Source: a virus | Virus record (IMG/VR): IMGVR_UViG_3300036985_007703 | Coordinates: 96,001 to 160,000 of that record | Strand: one strand, 5' to 3' | Length of the DNA stretch: 64,000 nt | In this document: one piece after another, positions 27,238 through 36,437 of the stretch | How positions within the stretch are numbered: position 1 is the stretch's first letter | Layout: each line of letters opens with the position of its first letter | Translations under genes and position numbers: made by a program | The notes under the pieces: model-generated | Told to the model about the DNA's origin: nothing | Databases searched by the model: none | Seen by the model: the letters and a program-made list of their open reading frames with translations, nothing else

Positions 27238-27639
27238 TCAGTTGTTCGTAGGGGCCGGCACGAGCCGCCCCGAATCCTGCACCAAATACTCGTCCAGGCT
27301 CACGCCCAGGCGCCCTTGGATGCGCTCCCGCAGCGCGTTGTACTCGCCTCGGATCCGCTCGATCGACGCCGTGTTCTCCGTCTGCTGCTTGCGGAACTGG
27401 TCGCGCTTGGCCTGGTACTCGATCATGAGCAGCTGCTCCTGCACCGCCAGCTTGTCCCGCACCGCCACGTTCATCTCGATGCGCGCCGTGTGCAGCTCCA
27501 ACAGGGCTATCTCCTCGCCCGTCATGTACAAGGCATCCGCTTCTGGGCCCTCAGGAGCCGCGGGGGCCGCCGCTGCCGTCACTGCCTTCAACGCCTTCGC
27601 CGCCCGCCGCACGCCTTTTTTCATCTCGTCGCTCATCAC
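27238..27639 (-). CDS. coiled-coil protein (possible fibre chaperone)
   Basis: 133 aa, heptad-rich; AAGGAGG RBS. Confidence 0.6.
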   Translation of the reverse strand: MMSDEMKKGVRRAAKALKAVTAAAAPAAPEGPEADALYMTGEEIALLELHTARIEMNVAVRDKLAVQEQLLMIEYQAKRDQFRKQQTENTASIERIRGEYNALRERIQGRLGVSLDEYLVQDSGRLVPAPTNN

Positions 27640-27659
27640 AGCTCTCCTCCTTCAGCTCG

Positions 27660-28091
27660 TCACGTCTCAGCCATGGCCCGCTTCGTTAAGGGGCCGATTT
27701 CACCCGTCAAAAATAGCACATCAGCCGCGATCGGCGCACCAAATCGCTGGATAATTACCGCGCCAGCGTCAGACCAGGGGCAGGTCTGCGTGGGCCGCCC
27801 ATCGAGCCCCACCCACACGGGGCGCGCCGGGTTCAGCCCCGCGAAGAGCCCGCGCACGAGCCCCACGCGCTGCATCAGCCCCGTAGTCGGGGTGTCCTTG
27901 CGCACGAGCACGCCCAGGGCCGGCATCCGCGCGTCCAGCGCGGGGTCCGCCCGCGTCACGCGCCAGCGCCCGGTCCCCGTCGCCCCGTCGCGCAGCGCCA
28001 GGCAGTCCCCCACAGCGTCGCCCGCGAGGCACGCCACTGGGATGGCCTCCTCCGCGTCGGTCCCGAAGCCGAAGCGCGCAACAACCGCCAC
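27660..28091 (-). CDS. capsid cement/decoration-like protein
   Basis: PALGVL...GLVRG...VWVGLDG, similar to the C-terminal domain of 25269-26666. Confidence 0.55.
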   Translation of the reverse strand: MAVVARFGFGTDAEEAIPVACLAGDAVGDCLALRDGATGTGRWRVTRADPALDARMPALGVLVRKDTPTTGLMQRVGLVRGLFAGLNPARPVWVGLDGRPTQTCPWSDAGAVIIQRFGAPIAADVLFLTGEIGPLTKRAMAET

Positions 28092-28115
28092 ACTGCGCCC
28101 CTATCCGCGCCCGCC

Positions 28116-28619
28116 CTACGGCAGGCGGCGCTCCGGCGCGAAGTGCTCGCGCCGCTTTACGTTGATCGTCCACGCCACCGTCGTGGGGGTGTCCAGGACG
28201 TTCCCACTCCGTCCCACCTTCACGACGTCCCAGTAGTGCTCGAACACCGCCACCACGTCGTCCTCCTTGGGGACCGCGCCCGCGGGGGCCGCCTGCTCCC
28301 ACGCGAGGGCCGCCACGCGCATGATCGCGTCGTACTCGACCTCCTGGCCCTCCTCGCGCACGCTGGGCTCGCGGTTCTCGCTCTCCTGGTACTCGATCAG
28401 GCACACCACGTCGAAGGGCGCGAACCAGCCCCAGGCCTCGCGGCCCGGCGCGGGCCCCCCGCCGTACACGGGGTCGCTCGGCTCGTTGTAGAGCGCGTCC
28501 ACGTTGGCCCCGCGGTTCAGGCGGTAGTACTCCGCCGTCGGGCCCACCATGGCCTGCCGCTCGGCCTCCAGCCGCTTGAGGTAGGCCGCGTCCTCTGCGC
28601 CCCTGCACTTGATCGGCAC
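28116..28619 (-). CDS. neck/head-closure protein (T4 gp14-like)
   Basis: YYRLN...DALYNEP...PKEDDVV...YWDVVKV pattern and position. Confidence 0.65.
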   Translation of the reverse strand: MPIKCRGAEDAAYLKRLEAERQAMVGPTAEYYRLNRGANVDALYNEPSDPVYGGGPAPGREAWGWFAPFDVVCLIEYQESENREPSVREEGQEVEYDAIMRVAALAWEQAAPAGAVPKEDDVVAVFEHYWDVVKVGRSGNVLDTPTTVAWTINVKRREHFAPERRLP

Positions 28620-28628
28620 GCCGGCCCC

Positions 28629-29084
28629 CTATGCGTCGATCAGGTCTTTGGCCAACCCGGTCAGGCGCTGCACCACGTCGGGGCGGTCCCGCAGCACCGC
28701 CGGCATCACGTGGACCGAGTACTGCTCGCTCTCCGGCACCAGCGACAGCTGCACCTCGCCCGGCAGCAGCCAGATCAGGGCCGTGCTGTAAAGGGTCTCG
28801 GCCTGCACCGCCGCGGGGAAGCGGAAGACCAATTCGCCGTCCGCCCACTTGCCCTGCAAGTTCGGCATCGGCTTGGCCTGCACGAGCTTGTTGTCGCCGT
28901 GCCAGAACTGGTCGCTCTGGGGGGCATCTGCCACCTCCTGCAGGAGGCGCCCCGGCCCCCCGCGCTCCGCACGCGCCTCGGGGGCCCCGCTCCCGCCCAG
29001 CGCCGCCCGGACGTCCGGGGGCAGCGCCGCGTAGGTGGCCTCCACGTCGCCCATCCAATCATGCACCGGCAATACCATGGTCAC
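28629..29084 (-). CDS. hypothetical protein
   Basis: 151 aa ORF between the neck genes. Confidence 0.55.
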   Translation of the reverse strand: MTMVLPVHDWMGDVEATYAALPPDVRAALGGSGAPEARAERGGPGRLLQEVADAPQSDQFWHGDNKLVQAKPMPNLQGKWADGELVFRFPAAVQAETLYSTALIWLLPGEVQLSLVPESEQYSVHVMPAVLRDRPDVVQRLTGLAKDLIDA

Positions 29085-29093
29085 ACCTCGCTC

Positions 29094-29111
29094 TGCGCAT
29101 GCGCATGCGCA
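29094..29111. repeat. 18-bp palindromic motif copy 6 (perfect, intergenic)
   Basis: TGCGCATGCGCATGCGCA. Confidence 0.9.
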
Positions 29112-29117
29112 GCGTCG

Positions 29118-29828
29118 TCATCCCATAAAGAGCGGGATCGGCGGGGCCAGCTGGCGCGCCTTCTCCTCGCACTTGTCCATGAGCTGCTGCGCGTTGCTCA
29201 GCAGCGTGTCGCCGTTCATGCTCGTGGTCCCGCTCGCCGTCGGGATCTCCGCGAACTTCGTGCGGATGTACCCGAGCGTCTCCATGCACTGCGCCAGCGC
29301 GTAGTCCAGGAGCAGCTGCTGCTCGTAGCCCTTGAGGTAGCTCAGCGCGATCGTCGTGGCGAGGTAGAACACCATCACGCGCTCCCCGCTCGCCGGGGCC
29401 GGGCTCACGATCAGCTTGCGCCGCGCCCGGTCGTAGTCCCACGCGCGCTCCGCGCTCAGTAGCCGCTTGCCCAGCTCCAGGTACTGCATGCGCTGCGCGA
29501 TGTCGACGTAGCCCTGGTTGGGGGACAGCGCCATGAGGTCTGTCGCGTTCACCTCCACCCCCGCCCACCTAAACATATCGAACAGGCTGTCGCTCTGCGC
29601 CTCGAACACGACCTCCACGGGGACCTCGCAGTCCGCGGGGAGGTCCACCTCCGACCCGTTGGTGAAGGTGATCACCGTCGCCTTCTGGTGCCCCACCCAC
29701 TGCTGGAGCCACAGGGAGGCGCGCATCACGGCGTCCGCGAGCTGGTCGTCGGTCAGCTCCACGCAGACCACGCCGTCGCCGAGCTTGCGCTTGATGTAGT
29801 CGTGTACGGCCTGCTCGGTGAGTGCCAT
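29118..29828 (-). CDS. neck/head-tail adaptor (T4 gp13-like)
   Basis: YIKRKLG..VVCVELTDDQL, DYALA..LG.IRTKF, MNGDTLL. Confidence 0.85.
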   Translation of the reverse strand: MALTEQAVHDYIKRKLGDGVVCVELTDDQLADAVMRASLWLQQWVGHQKATVITFTNGSEVDLPADCEVPVEVVFEAQSDSLFDMFRWAGVEVNATDLMALSPNQGYVDIAQRMQYLELGKRLLSAERAWDYDRARRKLIVSPAPASGERVMVFYLATTIALSYLKGYEQQLLLDYALAQCMETLGYIRTKFAEIPTASGTTSMNGDTLLSNAQQLMDKCEEKARQLAPPIPLFMG

Positions 29829-29840
29829 GGCGGCTCCTTG

Positions 29841-30497
29841 TTACTGGGCGCCCAGCGCGTCCATCGCTGCGGCGGCATCGGCCACGGCGCCCTCGGCATC
29901 CGTGTCCTCCGCATCGCTCGCCTCTTCGGCATCCGCCTCCTCGTCCCCGGCCGCATCCGCCGCGGCCTGCGCCGCCTCGTCCGCGACCTTGGCCGCCTCG
30001 TCCGCGTACTTGCCCACGACGCCCATCACGGCCTGCTGGATGGCGTCCACGATGCCGTAGAGGTCCTCGGCCGGCGCGCCGCCCCGCTTGAGGGCGCTCA
30101 TCGCCGCCTCGCCCACGGCCGCGAGCACGAGCTGCACGCCATCCGCGCCGAACTGCGCCTGCGGGGAGACCGCCTGCTGGATGTCGGGGGGGAGGTCCTC
30201 CGCCGACACGGGGCTATCCCCCGGCAGCGTGTCCTTCGCGGCCTGCTCGCGCAGCACCGCGCGGTCCACCCAGAGGTGGCGCGGGACCTCGCCCTCGGGC
30301 GCGCGCGGCAAGAACAAGTAGACGTCCTCCCGGAAGAAGGCCGCCCCGTTGCCGCCCCGCACCACGAGGCCCACGGGCGAGGACATCTCGACGATGCCCT
30401 CCGCCACGGGGTGCCCGAGGCGCGTCACCACGGTCACGCGCTCGCCCGCGCCCAGCGTGGCCGCCGCCGCCGCGCCATCCATGCGCCTGCGCCCCAT
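29841..30497 (-). CDS. hypothetical protein with acidic Ala-rich C-terminus
   Basis: 218 aa; candidate site VLRE/Q; D/E/A-rich tail. Confidence 0.55.
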   Translation of the reverse strand: MGRRRMDGAAAAATLGAGERVTVVTRLGHPVAEGIVEMSSPVGLVVRGGNGAAFFREDVYLFLPRAPEGEVPRHLWVDRAVLREQAAKDTLPGDSPVSAEDLPPDIQQAVSPQAQFGADGVQLVLAAVGEAAMSALKRGGAPAEDLYGIVDAIQQAVMGVVGKYADEAAKVADEAAQAAADAAGDEEADAEEASDAEDTDAEGAVADAAAAMDALGAQ

Positions 30498-30500
30498 CGG

Positions 30501-30869
30501 TCAGCGCCCGCGCCGCGCGGCCCGCGCCGCCGCCTTCGCCAGGGGGGCCGCATCGCCGCCCTCGCCGGAGGCCTCGGGCTCCGCGCTCGGGGCCTCGGGC
30601 TCCTCAGCCGGCCCCGGCTCCGGGACGGGCGCCGGCAGGGGCTCCGCCACCGGGAGCGCCGCCTTGAACTTCGCCGCCGCGTCGAAGACCTCGACCACAA
30701 GGCCCTCCTTGATCCACGGACTCAGGTCGAGGTCCGTGTCCACCACCTCGCCGGGGCGGATGAGCACGTCCTTGCGTACCGTCACCGCATACGGGAGCCC
30801 CGGCCGCCGCTCCGGCACGTGCACCGCGAGCGACTGCATCTTCACCCCCTCCGCCAGCTTGTACCTCAT
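30501..30869 (-). CDS. small protein downstream of capsid, Pro/Glu-rich tail
   Basis: GGAGGAG RBS; has its own promoter candidate. Confidence 0.65.
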   Translation of the reverse strand: MRYKLAEGVKMQSLAVHVPERRPGLPYAVTVRKDVLIRPGEVVDTDLDLSPWIKEGLVVEVFDAAAKFKAALPVAEPLPAPVPEPGPAEEPEAPSAEPEASGEGGDAAPLAKAAARAARRGR

Positions 30870-30916
30870 CGCTGCTCCTCCTCCGTGCGGCCCGCATGGG
30901 GCCTGCGTCTCGCCCC

Positions 30917-30945
30917 ACTATAGCCGCCCCCGCGCGCCTTGTCTA
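30917..30945 (-). promoter_or_regulatory. putative sigma70-type promoter TAGACA-N17-TATAGT
   Basis: Intergenic, near consensus. Confidence 0.6.
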
Positions 30946-31040
30946 ACAAGCACACAGCGCTGCCGCGCCCCCTCGCGGGGGCGGGCTCTCAGGCTGGATC
31001 GATCGGGGAGGGGGTCACGCCGCTAGGGCGTGGGGATGGC

Positions 31041-32633
31041 TCAGAAGGTCGAGGAGACGCTCGGGAGCCCGCTGACGGTCACGACGCCGTAGTACTCCGG
31101 GCGGAGCAGCTTGGTGGCGAAGCGCGACGCGAAGCCCTTCTTGAAGGTGAAGGTGTGCGGGTCCTGCCAGGTCGGGGTGACCTGCAGCGGGATGTACGGG
31201 GCGAACACGTAGCCCGCGTCGAGGAAGTTCGAGCCGCGGAGCCCGACGAGCACCTTGTTGTCGTCCAGGAACGGATCCTGGTAGACGGTGAACTTCCGCA
31301 TCATGGTGCCGACCATCTGGATGCCGTAGTCGCTCGTGAGCGGGCCGTAGCTCGGGGGCACGACCTGGCTGGCGCCCATGTCGAAGTCCTTGTGGCTCGT
31401 GAGCTGGCTGAGCAGCGACACGACGGCCGGGCTGGCGACGATGAAGTTCGCCGGGGCGCGCAGCGTGGTCTTGTGGATCTTCGCGGCCACCGCGTCGATC
31501 TGGGTCAGCAGCTCGCGGATGCTCTCGATCTCGCCCGGCACCGTCGGGCTGTAGCTGTAGGTCGCCTGGTGCGCAGCGCCGGCCACGAGGTCCGTGATGA
31601 CCTTGCGGTCGATTTCGAGGGCGATCTCGTTGGAGAGGCCGGCGACCAGCTCGGCCTCCATGTTGAGGCCGTGGAGGGCGCGGAGGTCGTCCATGGCCTC
31701 CTGCGACCACGAGGCGCGCAGCTTGTAGGGCTCGGCCGTCACGGTCGACATGGCCATGTCCATGCTGATGCCCGGCACCGCGGCGCCGGAGGTCGTGTTC
31801 ACGAGTTCCCAGTTCACATAGTACTGGGCGTACACGACGTGGTTCGCGCTGAAGTTGCAGGGAGCGCCCGCAGCGGTCTGGGGCGTCAGGGTCCAGGCGC
31901 CCGTGGAGGCGGTGAAGGTGCCCACGGCGTGACCGTGGTTGTCCGTGAGGGTCGTGGTGGCGCCCGTCGGATCGAGCGTGGCGACCTTGTTCTCGGAGCC
32001 CGCCTCGACCGTGCGGTAGTAGAGCTTCACCGAGAAGGTGCGCTGGCCGCTGGTGCCCGGCGTGCGGATCGGCTTCCAGGCCGGGATGCGGCAGTTGCCG
32101 GCGCCCTGGTTCAGGGTGCCGGTGGCCGCGCCGGTGTCCGTGCAGAGCACGTCGTAGTCGACGTACTCGGAGGCGTAGTTCTTCGCGAAGTTGCGGATGA
32201 GGGCGTCGCCCGCGCTCAGTTCGCCGTCGTAGCCCTGGCTGTAGGGGTAGTCCGTGATGCCGTTGGCCGGGATCTTGACGCCCTTGCGGCCCTCGTACTT
32301 GTAATCCCAGGTGAAGACCGCGCCGACCGGGGCCGACAGCGGCTGGACCGACGTGATCTGGTTGGCGATCAGGTTGGGGAACACGCGGCGGAGCACCGGG
32401 AAGATGTACTTGGTGAACGAGCCGACGTTCGTGCTCAGCGCATCCTCGCTGAGGTTCTTCATGTACGTGGCCTGGTTCTCCAGGAGGATGGCGGCGACGC
32501 CCTTGGTGTAGGCGTGGCGCACGCCGTCGGTGCCCTCCAGCAGTTGGCCCCACTTGCGGCTGAGCTGGGAGACGTAGGACTTGTCGGCGACGGTCTTCGC
32601 GCCGCTCTCGGTCAGGATGTTGCGAGCTTCCAT
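31041..32633 (-). CDS. major capsid protein (T4 gp23-like)
   Basis: AILLENQ, FPVLRRVFPNLIANQITSVQPL, KLRASWSQEAMDDL, EIALEIDR, AGYVFAPYIPL. Confidence 0.97.
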   Translation of the reverse strand: MEARNILTESGAKTVADKSYVSQLSRKWGQLLEGTDGVRHAYTKGVAAILLENQATYMKNLSEDALSTNVGSFTKYIFPVLRRVFPNLIANQITSVQPLSAPVGAVFTWDYKYEGRKGVKIPANGITDYPYSQGYDGELSAGDALIRNFAKNYASEYVDYDVLCTDTGAATGTLNQGAGNCRIPAWKPIRTPGTSGQRTFSVKLYYRTVEAGSENKVATLDPTGATTTLTDNHGHAVGTFTASTGAWTLTPQTAAGAPCNFSANHVVYAQYYVNWELVNTTSGAAVPGISMDMAMSTVTAEPYKLRASWSQEAMDDLRALHGLNMEAELVAGLSNEIALEIDRKVITDLVAGAAHQATYSYSPTVPGEIESIRELLTQIDAVAAKIHKTTLRAPANFIVASPAVVSLLSQLTSHKDFDMGASQVVPPSYGPLTSDYGIQMVGTMMRKFTVYQDPFLDDNKVLVGLRGSNFLDAGYVFAPYIPLQVTPTWQDPHTFTFKKGFASRFATKLLRPEYYGVVTVSGLPSVSSTF

Positions 32634-32694
32634 GGGTCAGTTCCTCTCGTTGCGATCAAGGTCGTTGTTGTGATGCCGCGCCCCGCGCCTGCCC

Positions 32695-34299
32695 TCATGA
32701 CAGACCGGAGAGCTGCCGCATCATTGCGGGGTCCAGGCCGAACTCGGCCAAGTCGCCCGCGCCCGCCGTGCCTGCCCCGCGTGGGGCCACGGCCTCCTCC
32801 TCCAGCGTCGACGGCCGCGCCTGGGCCCGCGTCAGCTGCGCGCGCATGCGCTCCAGCTGCCCGTCGCCCATCGTCGTCCGCCCCCGCTGCCGCACCAGCC
32901 GATCGACCTCATCTGTGTTCGCAACGCCCTCTAGCAACCCAATCAACTCGCGCCCGTTCGTCAACCCTGCGACGCTCTCGGCCTTGTACGCCGCGAGGTC
33001 CGCCGCGGCCCGCGCCTCGGCTAGATCCCGCTGTAGCGTGGCGACGCGCTGCTCGGATCCCCGTGCGCGCGCCTCCAGGCCCTCGCCGCCTTCAACAGCC
33101 AGCTTCAACTGCATCTGCTTCTCGGCCAGTCTCTCGTGCAATTCCTGCGACTCCGCGAGGAGCCGCTTGCGCTCGCCCTCCCACCGCCGCGTGGCCTCGG
33201 CCAGCGGGTTGGGGGCAGGGGGGAGCTTCTCTAGCTGCCGCAGCACGCCGCGCACGCGCGTGCGCACCTCGGCCTCGTCCTCCAATAGCCCGGCGTCGGC
33301 CAGCAGCTCGCGCGCCATCGCCGCGTGGGGGTGCCCCGCCACGAGGCGCTCCGCGAGGAGCTGGTAGCCCGCCTCGCGGGCCACCCCGCGATAGGCCTCC
33401 GCCTGCTCGCGCAGGCCCGTGATCTCCGTGCGCTGCGCCTGCAGGGCCGCCGCCACGTGGTCCTCAGGGACCGCCGGCAGGTAGGGCCGCAGGAGCTGCG
33501 CCACCGTGGCCAGCACCGCGCCCGCGCCGTCCGCCTCGGCCTCCTCGCGCAGCTCCGCGCGCACCTCGGCCCGCAGCCCCTGCAGGGCCTCGACGAGCCC
33601 GCGCTCGAAGCGCTCGCGCTCCTCCTCGCGGGCCGCCGCCACGGCCGCCTCGACGTCCGTGCTCGCCGCCGCCTGGAGTTGCGCCTGCGCCCGCGCCATC
33701 GCCTTGTCCATCAGGCCCTCCTCCAGGGCCGCGAGGGCCTCGGGGATCTGCGCCTGCAGGGCGTCGGTCGCGTAGGGCGTGTTCACATCCTCGTTGAAGA
33801 TCTCGGGGTACGCCGACTTCATCGCGGGGTCCGCCACGAAGTCCCAGGTCTTGAGGTTGTAGTCCTCGCACACGTCCTCGCCGTCCCCGCTCTCGCTCGG
33901 CTTCGTGCTCCCGAAGCCCCGCGAGCTGACGCCGATCTCCACCCCGTGGCGGATCAGCGCCGCGAGCGTGCGGCCGTTCGGCGTGTCGAGGATCTCGGCG
34001 GCCCCCAGCACGCGCCCATCGTCGGCGATGGACGCCTCGGTGATCAGCGCCGCCGCGCGCGTCAGCTTGGTCTTCCCGTCGTCCGGGTGGTCCAGCTCGG
34101 CCAGCACGCGCCGCCGCTTGATGTCCTCCTGGAGCTTCTTGACCTCGCGCTCATAGATCGCGCGGGGATAGCGCCGGCCGTTCTGCGTCGGGGTGTCGTA
34201 GCGCCCAAACTCGCCGCGGGCCACGAGCTTGCCCGTGCCCTTGTCCTCGGTCAGGGTGAACGTCGTGGTGATCGTCTCAGTCAGCAGCTTGCCGCTCAT
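32695..34299 (-). CDS. prohead protease (T4 gp21-like) fused to a coiled-coil scaffold
   Basis: NGRRYP, ELDHP, ILDTPNG, GVSSRGFGS, WDFVADPA; about 350 aa helical C-terminus. Confidence 0.92.
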   Translation of the reverse strand: MSGKLLTETITTTFTLTEDKGTGKLVARGEFGRYDTPTQNGRRYPRAIYEREVKKLQEDIKRRRVLAELDHPDDGKTKLTRAAALITEASIADDGRVLGAAEILDTPNGRTLAALIRHGVEIGVSSRGFGSTKPSESGDGEDVCEDYNLKTWDFVADPAMKSAYPEIFNEDVNTPYATDALQAQIPEALAALEEGLMDKAMARAQAQLQAAASTDVEAAVAAAREEERERFERGLVEALQGLRAEVRAELREEAEADGAGAVLATVAQLLRPYLPAVPEDHVAAALQAQRTEITGLREQAEAYRGVAREAGYQLLAERLVAGHPHAAMARELLADAGLLEDEAEVRTRVRGVLRQLEKLPPAPNPLAEATRRWEGERKRLLAESQELHERLAEKQMQLKLAVEGGEGLEARARGSEQRVATLQRDLAEARAAADLAAYKAESVAGLTNGRELIGLLEGVANTDEVDRLVRQRGRTTMGDGQLERMRAQLTRAQARPSTLEEEAVAPRGAGTAGAGDLAEFGLDPAMMRQLSGLS

Positions 34300-34442
34300 C
34301 GCGTCCCCTTCTTCAGCCCGGCCTCGCGCCGGAGCGCCATCCGTACCACCTGCCCGAACCGCACCCGCCGGCTGGTCTTACGCGGCCCGCGGTCGGTCAA
34401 GCGAAGGGCACGGTCAGCAGGCCGCACTCCCATGAGCGCCAT
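34296..34442 (-). CDS. possible small basic protein
   Basis: 48 aa Arg-rich ORF, ATGA-coupled to the protease start. Confidence 0.35.
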   Translation of the reverse strand: MALMGVRPADRALRLTDRGPRKTSRRVRFGQVVRMALRREAGLKKGTR

Positions 34443-34498
34443 CCGCTGACCGGCCGTCCGTCCCTTCCACTGCGGGCCCTCTAACAGGCCAGCCCGCG

Positions 34499-35566
34499 TC
34501 AGTTTCCCGACTCGTCCTCGTCGTCCTCGTCGTCCTCGTCGATGTCCTCGCCGAGGTAATCGAAGTCGATCTCGCCGTCCTCGATCGACTCCATGATGCG
34601 CGTCACGAGGTTGAAGCACGGGGCCAGCGTGGCCACGAACTCGTCCTCGTTCAGGGCGTCCTCGACCAGGGTGCCCGCGTTGGCGCGATCGATCACGGGG
34701 ATCAGGGCCTCTTCGAGCACGGCGTCAACCTCGGGGGAGCCGTACATCTCGCTCATGAGGGCGAAGATGTTGTTCAGGCGCTCGACGATCTCCGCCCGGC
34801 TGCCGGCCTGCACGCGGCTCTCGTGGAGCACGCTGCGGAGGTCGTTCGCGATCTCGCTGTCGGCCGAGGCCCCGAGGCTGCTGAAGCCACGGACGGGCCC
34901 GCGATTGCCGGCGCCGAGGAGCTTGCGGATCGGCTTGGCCGCGATCCGGGCCGCGAGCTTGTTGCCCTTCGCGCCCATCTTGGCCGCGCGGACCTTCTGC
35001 ACCTTCTTGTACCAGGCCTTGGCCTGCATCTTCTTGGTCGAGCGCTTGATCTGGCTCTTGTGCGTGCGGCGGTACTGCTTCGCTAGGAGGCGGGCCTTGC
35101 GCCCCTTGGTGTCCGTGCGGCGGTGCTTCGTGACCATCTTGCCGCTCTTCGCCCCGAAGGTGCGGAAGGCCGAGCCCTCTTCGAGCCGGCCCTTGGCCCG
35201 CAGGAGCATCTCCACGACCTCCTGCGCACGCGCGGTCAGCGCGGCGTCGCCCTCGGGGAGGTCCTTCTTGCCCAGCTCCTCGAGGAGGGCGTCGATGTCC
35301 CCGGCGTCCATGCTCTCGAAGGGGAGGGCCGCGATCCGGTTGAACAGCTCGCGCGTCACCACGGGGCCGTCGATCGGGTCATGGTCCTCGGTCTGCGTTG
35401 TGCCGCTCACCGCGATGGTGTCGAGGCGCTTGACGCCGCCGCCCACCACGCTGTCCTCGGTGAGGACGTTCATCCCCGCGAGGGTGCGCTGGTCCTCGAC
35501 CATCGTCGAGAGCCCCAGGGCCGCCATATCCTGCTCGAACGTGCTGTCAATGATCCGCTGTGCCAT
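34499..35566 (-). CDS. prohead core protein (acidic-basic-acidic)
   Basis: Lies between portal and protease; central Lys/Arg block flanked by VLTE/D, RLEE/G and VLHE/S. Confidence 0.7.
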   Translation of the reverse strand: MAQRIIDSTFEQDMAALGLSTMVEDQRTLAGMNVLTEDSVVGGGVKRLDTIAVSGTTQTEDHDPIDGPVVTRELFNRIAALPFESMDAGDIDALLEELGKKDLPEGDAALTARAQEVVEMLLRAKGRLEEGSAFRTFGAKSGKMVTKHRRTDTKGRKARLLAKQYRRTHKSQIKRSTKKMQAKAWYKKVQKVRAAKMGAKGNKLAARIAAKPIRKLLGAGNRGPVRGFSSLGASADSEIANDLRSVLHESRVQAGSRAEIVERLNNIFALMSEMYGSPEVDAVLEEALIPVIDRANAGTLVEDALNEDEFVATLAPCFNLVTRIMESIEDGEIDFDYLGEDIDEDDEDDEDESGN

Positions 35567-36434
35567 CGTCGCCGTCTCCTTGTTCGTTGGGGTCGCGGCC
35601 CCGCAGTGCGAGGTAGCCCGCGACGATCACCATGTGCCTGGCCCGCTCCGCGCACGTCCCATGCGCCCTTGCCATCCGCGCGACATCCCGTGGGACGTCC
35701 TCCAGCATCAACCGTTCGGCACGTGTGAGCGCGGCCACCATGGCCTCCGCCTCGCCGATCAACGAACTCCTGATGGCGTCCAGGTCCGCTTCGCCCTTAT
35801 CAAATCGCACGGATCGGCCCTCGTCAAGGATTTGGGCGTACGCCGCCTTGAGCCCCTCGACGGCCATCCGCAATTCGCCCACTGGGATCCCCGTGTCGGG
35901 GCGCCCCGCGAAGGTCGCGGGATCGGGGACGCGCGCCTCGCGCGCCCGCACCTCGCCCCACATGCGCCGGCGGATGCGCTCCGCGTCCGCCAGGTACCAG
36001 CGCTGCCACGCCGCGTCCTGCGCGGCCTCGATCTCCGCCACCGCGTCCACGAGCCAATAGCGCTCGCCCGCCTCGATCAGGTGGGCGAGGTTGCGCATGC
36101 GCATGCGCGAGGCCTCCCCCGCGCACCGCCCCTCCGCGACGTCCCGCACGAGGGCCCGCACCTGCCCCGCCACGTAGCGCGGGACCTCGGCCTCGCCGAT
36201 CGCCGCCACCGCGTAGGGCCCGTGCCCCTGCAGGGCCACCGCGCCGCCCACGCAGTCGTAGTCCACGCGCTCGAAGCGCTCCTCGTCGTCGACCACCACC
36301 GCGCGGTCCACCCACGTCGCGACGGCCCGCACGGGGCGCTGGAGCGCCGCGCTCGCCGCCCGCTCGATCTGGTCGATCAGCGCCTCGTAGCTCCCCGCCC
36401 GCATCTCCGCGAGCTGCGCCTCGGTGATGTACAT
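35547..36434 (-). CDS. hypothetical head assembly protein
   Basis: 295 aa, directly after the portal. Confidence 0.6.
   Translation of the reverse strand: MYITEAQLAEMRAGSYEALIDQIERAASAALQRPVRAVATWVDRAVVVDDEERFERVDYDCVGGAVALQGHGPYAVAAIGEAEVPRYVAGQVRALVRDVAEGRCAGEASRMRMRNLAHLIEAGERYWLVDAVAEIEAAQDAAWQRWYLADAERIRRRMWGEVRAREARVPDPATFAGRPDTGIPVGELRMAVEGLKAAYAQILDEGRSVRFDKGEADLDAIRSSLIGEAEAMVAALTRAERLMLEDVPRDVARMARAHGTCAERARHMVIVAGYLALRGRDPNEQGDGDDGTADH
36092..36109. repeat. 18-bp palindromic motif copy 7 (in CDS, encodes RMRMR)
   Basis: TGCGCATGCGCATGCGCG. Confidence 0.9.
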
Positions 36435-36437
36435 CGC

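Noticed and set aside
30963-30985. GC hairpin after the capsid gene (and a similar one at about 12397-12418) as terminators
   Set aside because: The stems are short with no U-tract, and chance pairing is likely at this GC content.
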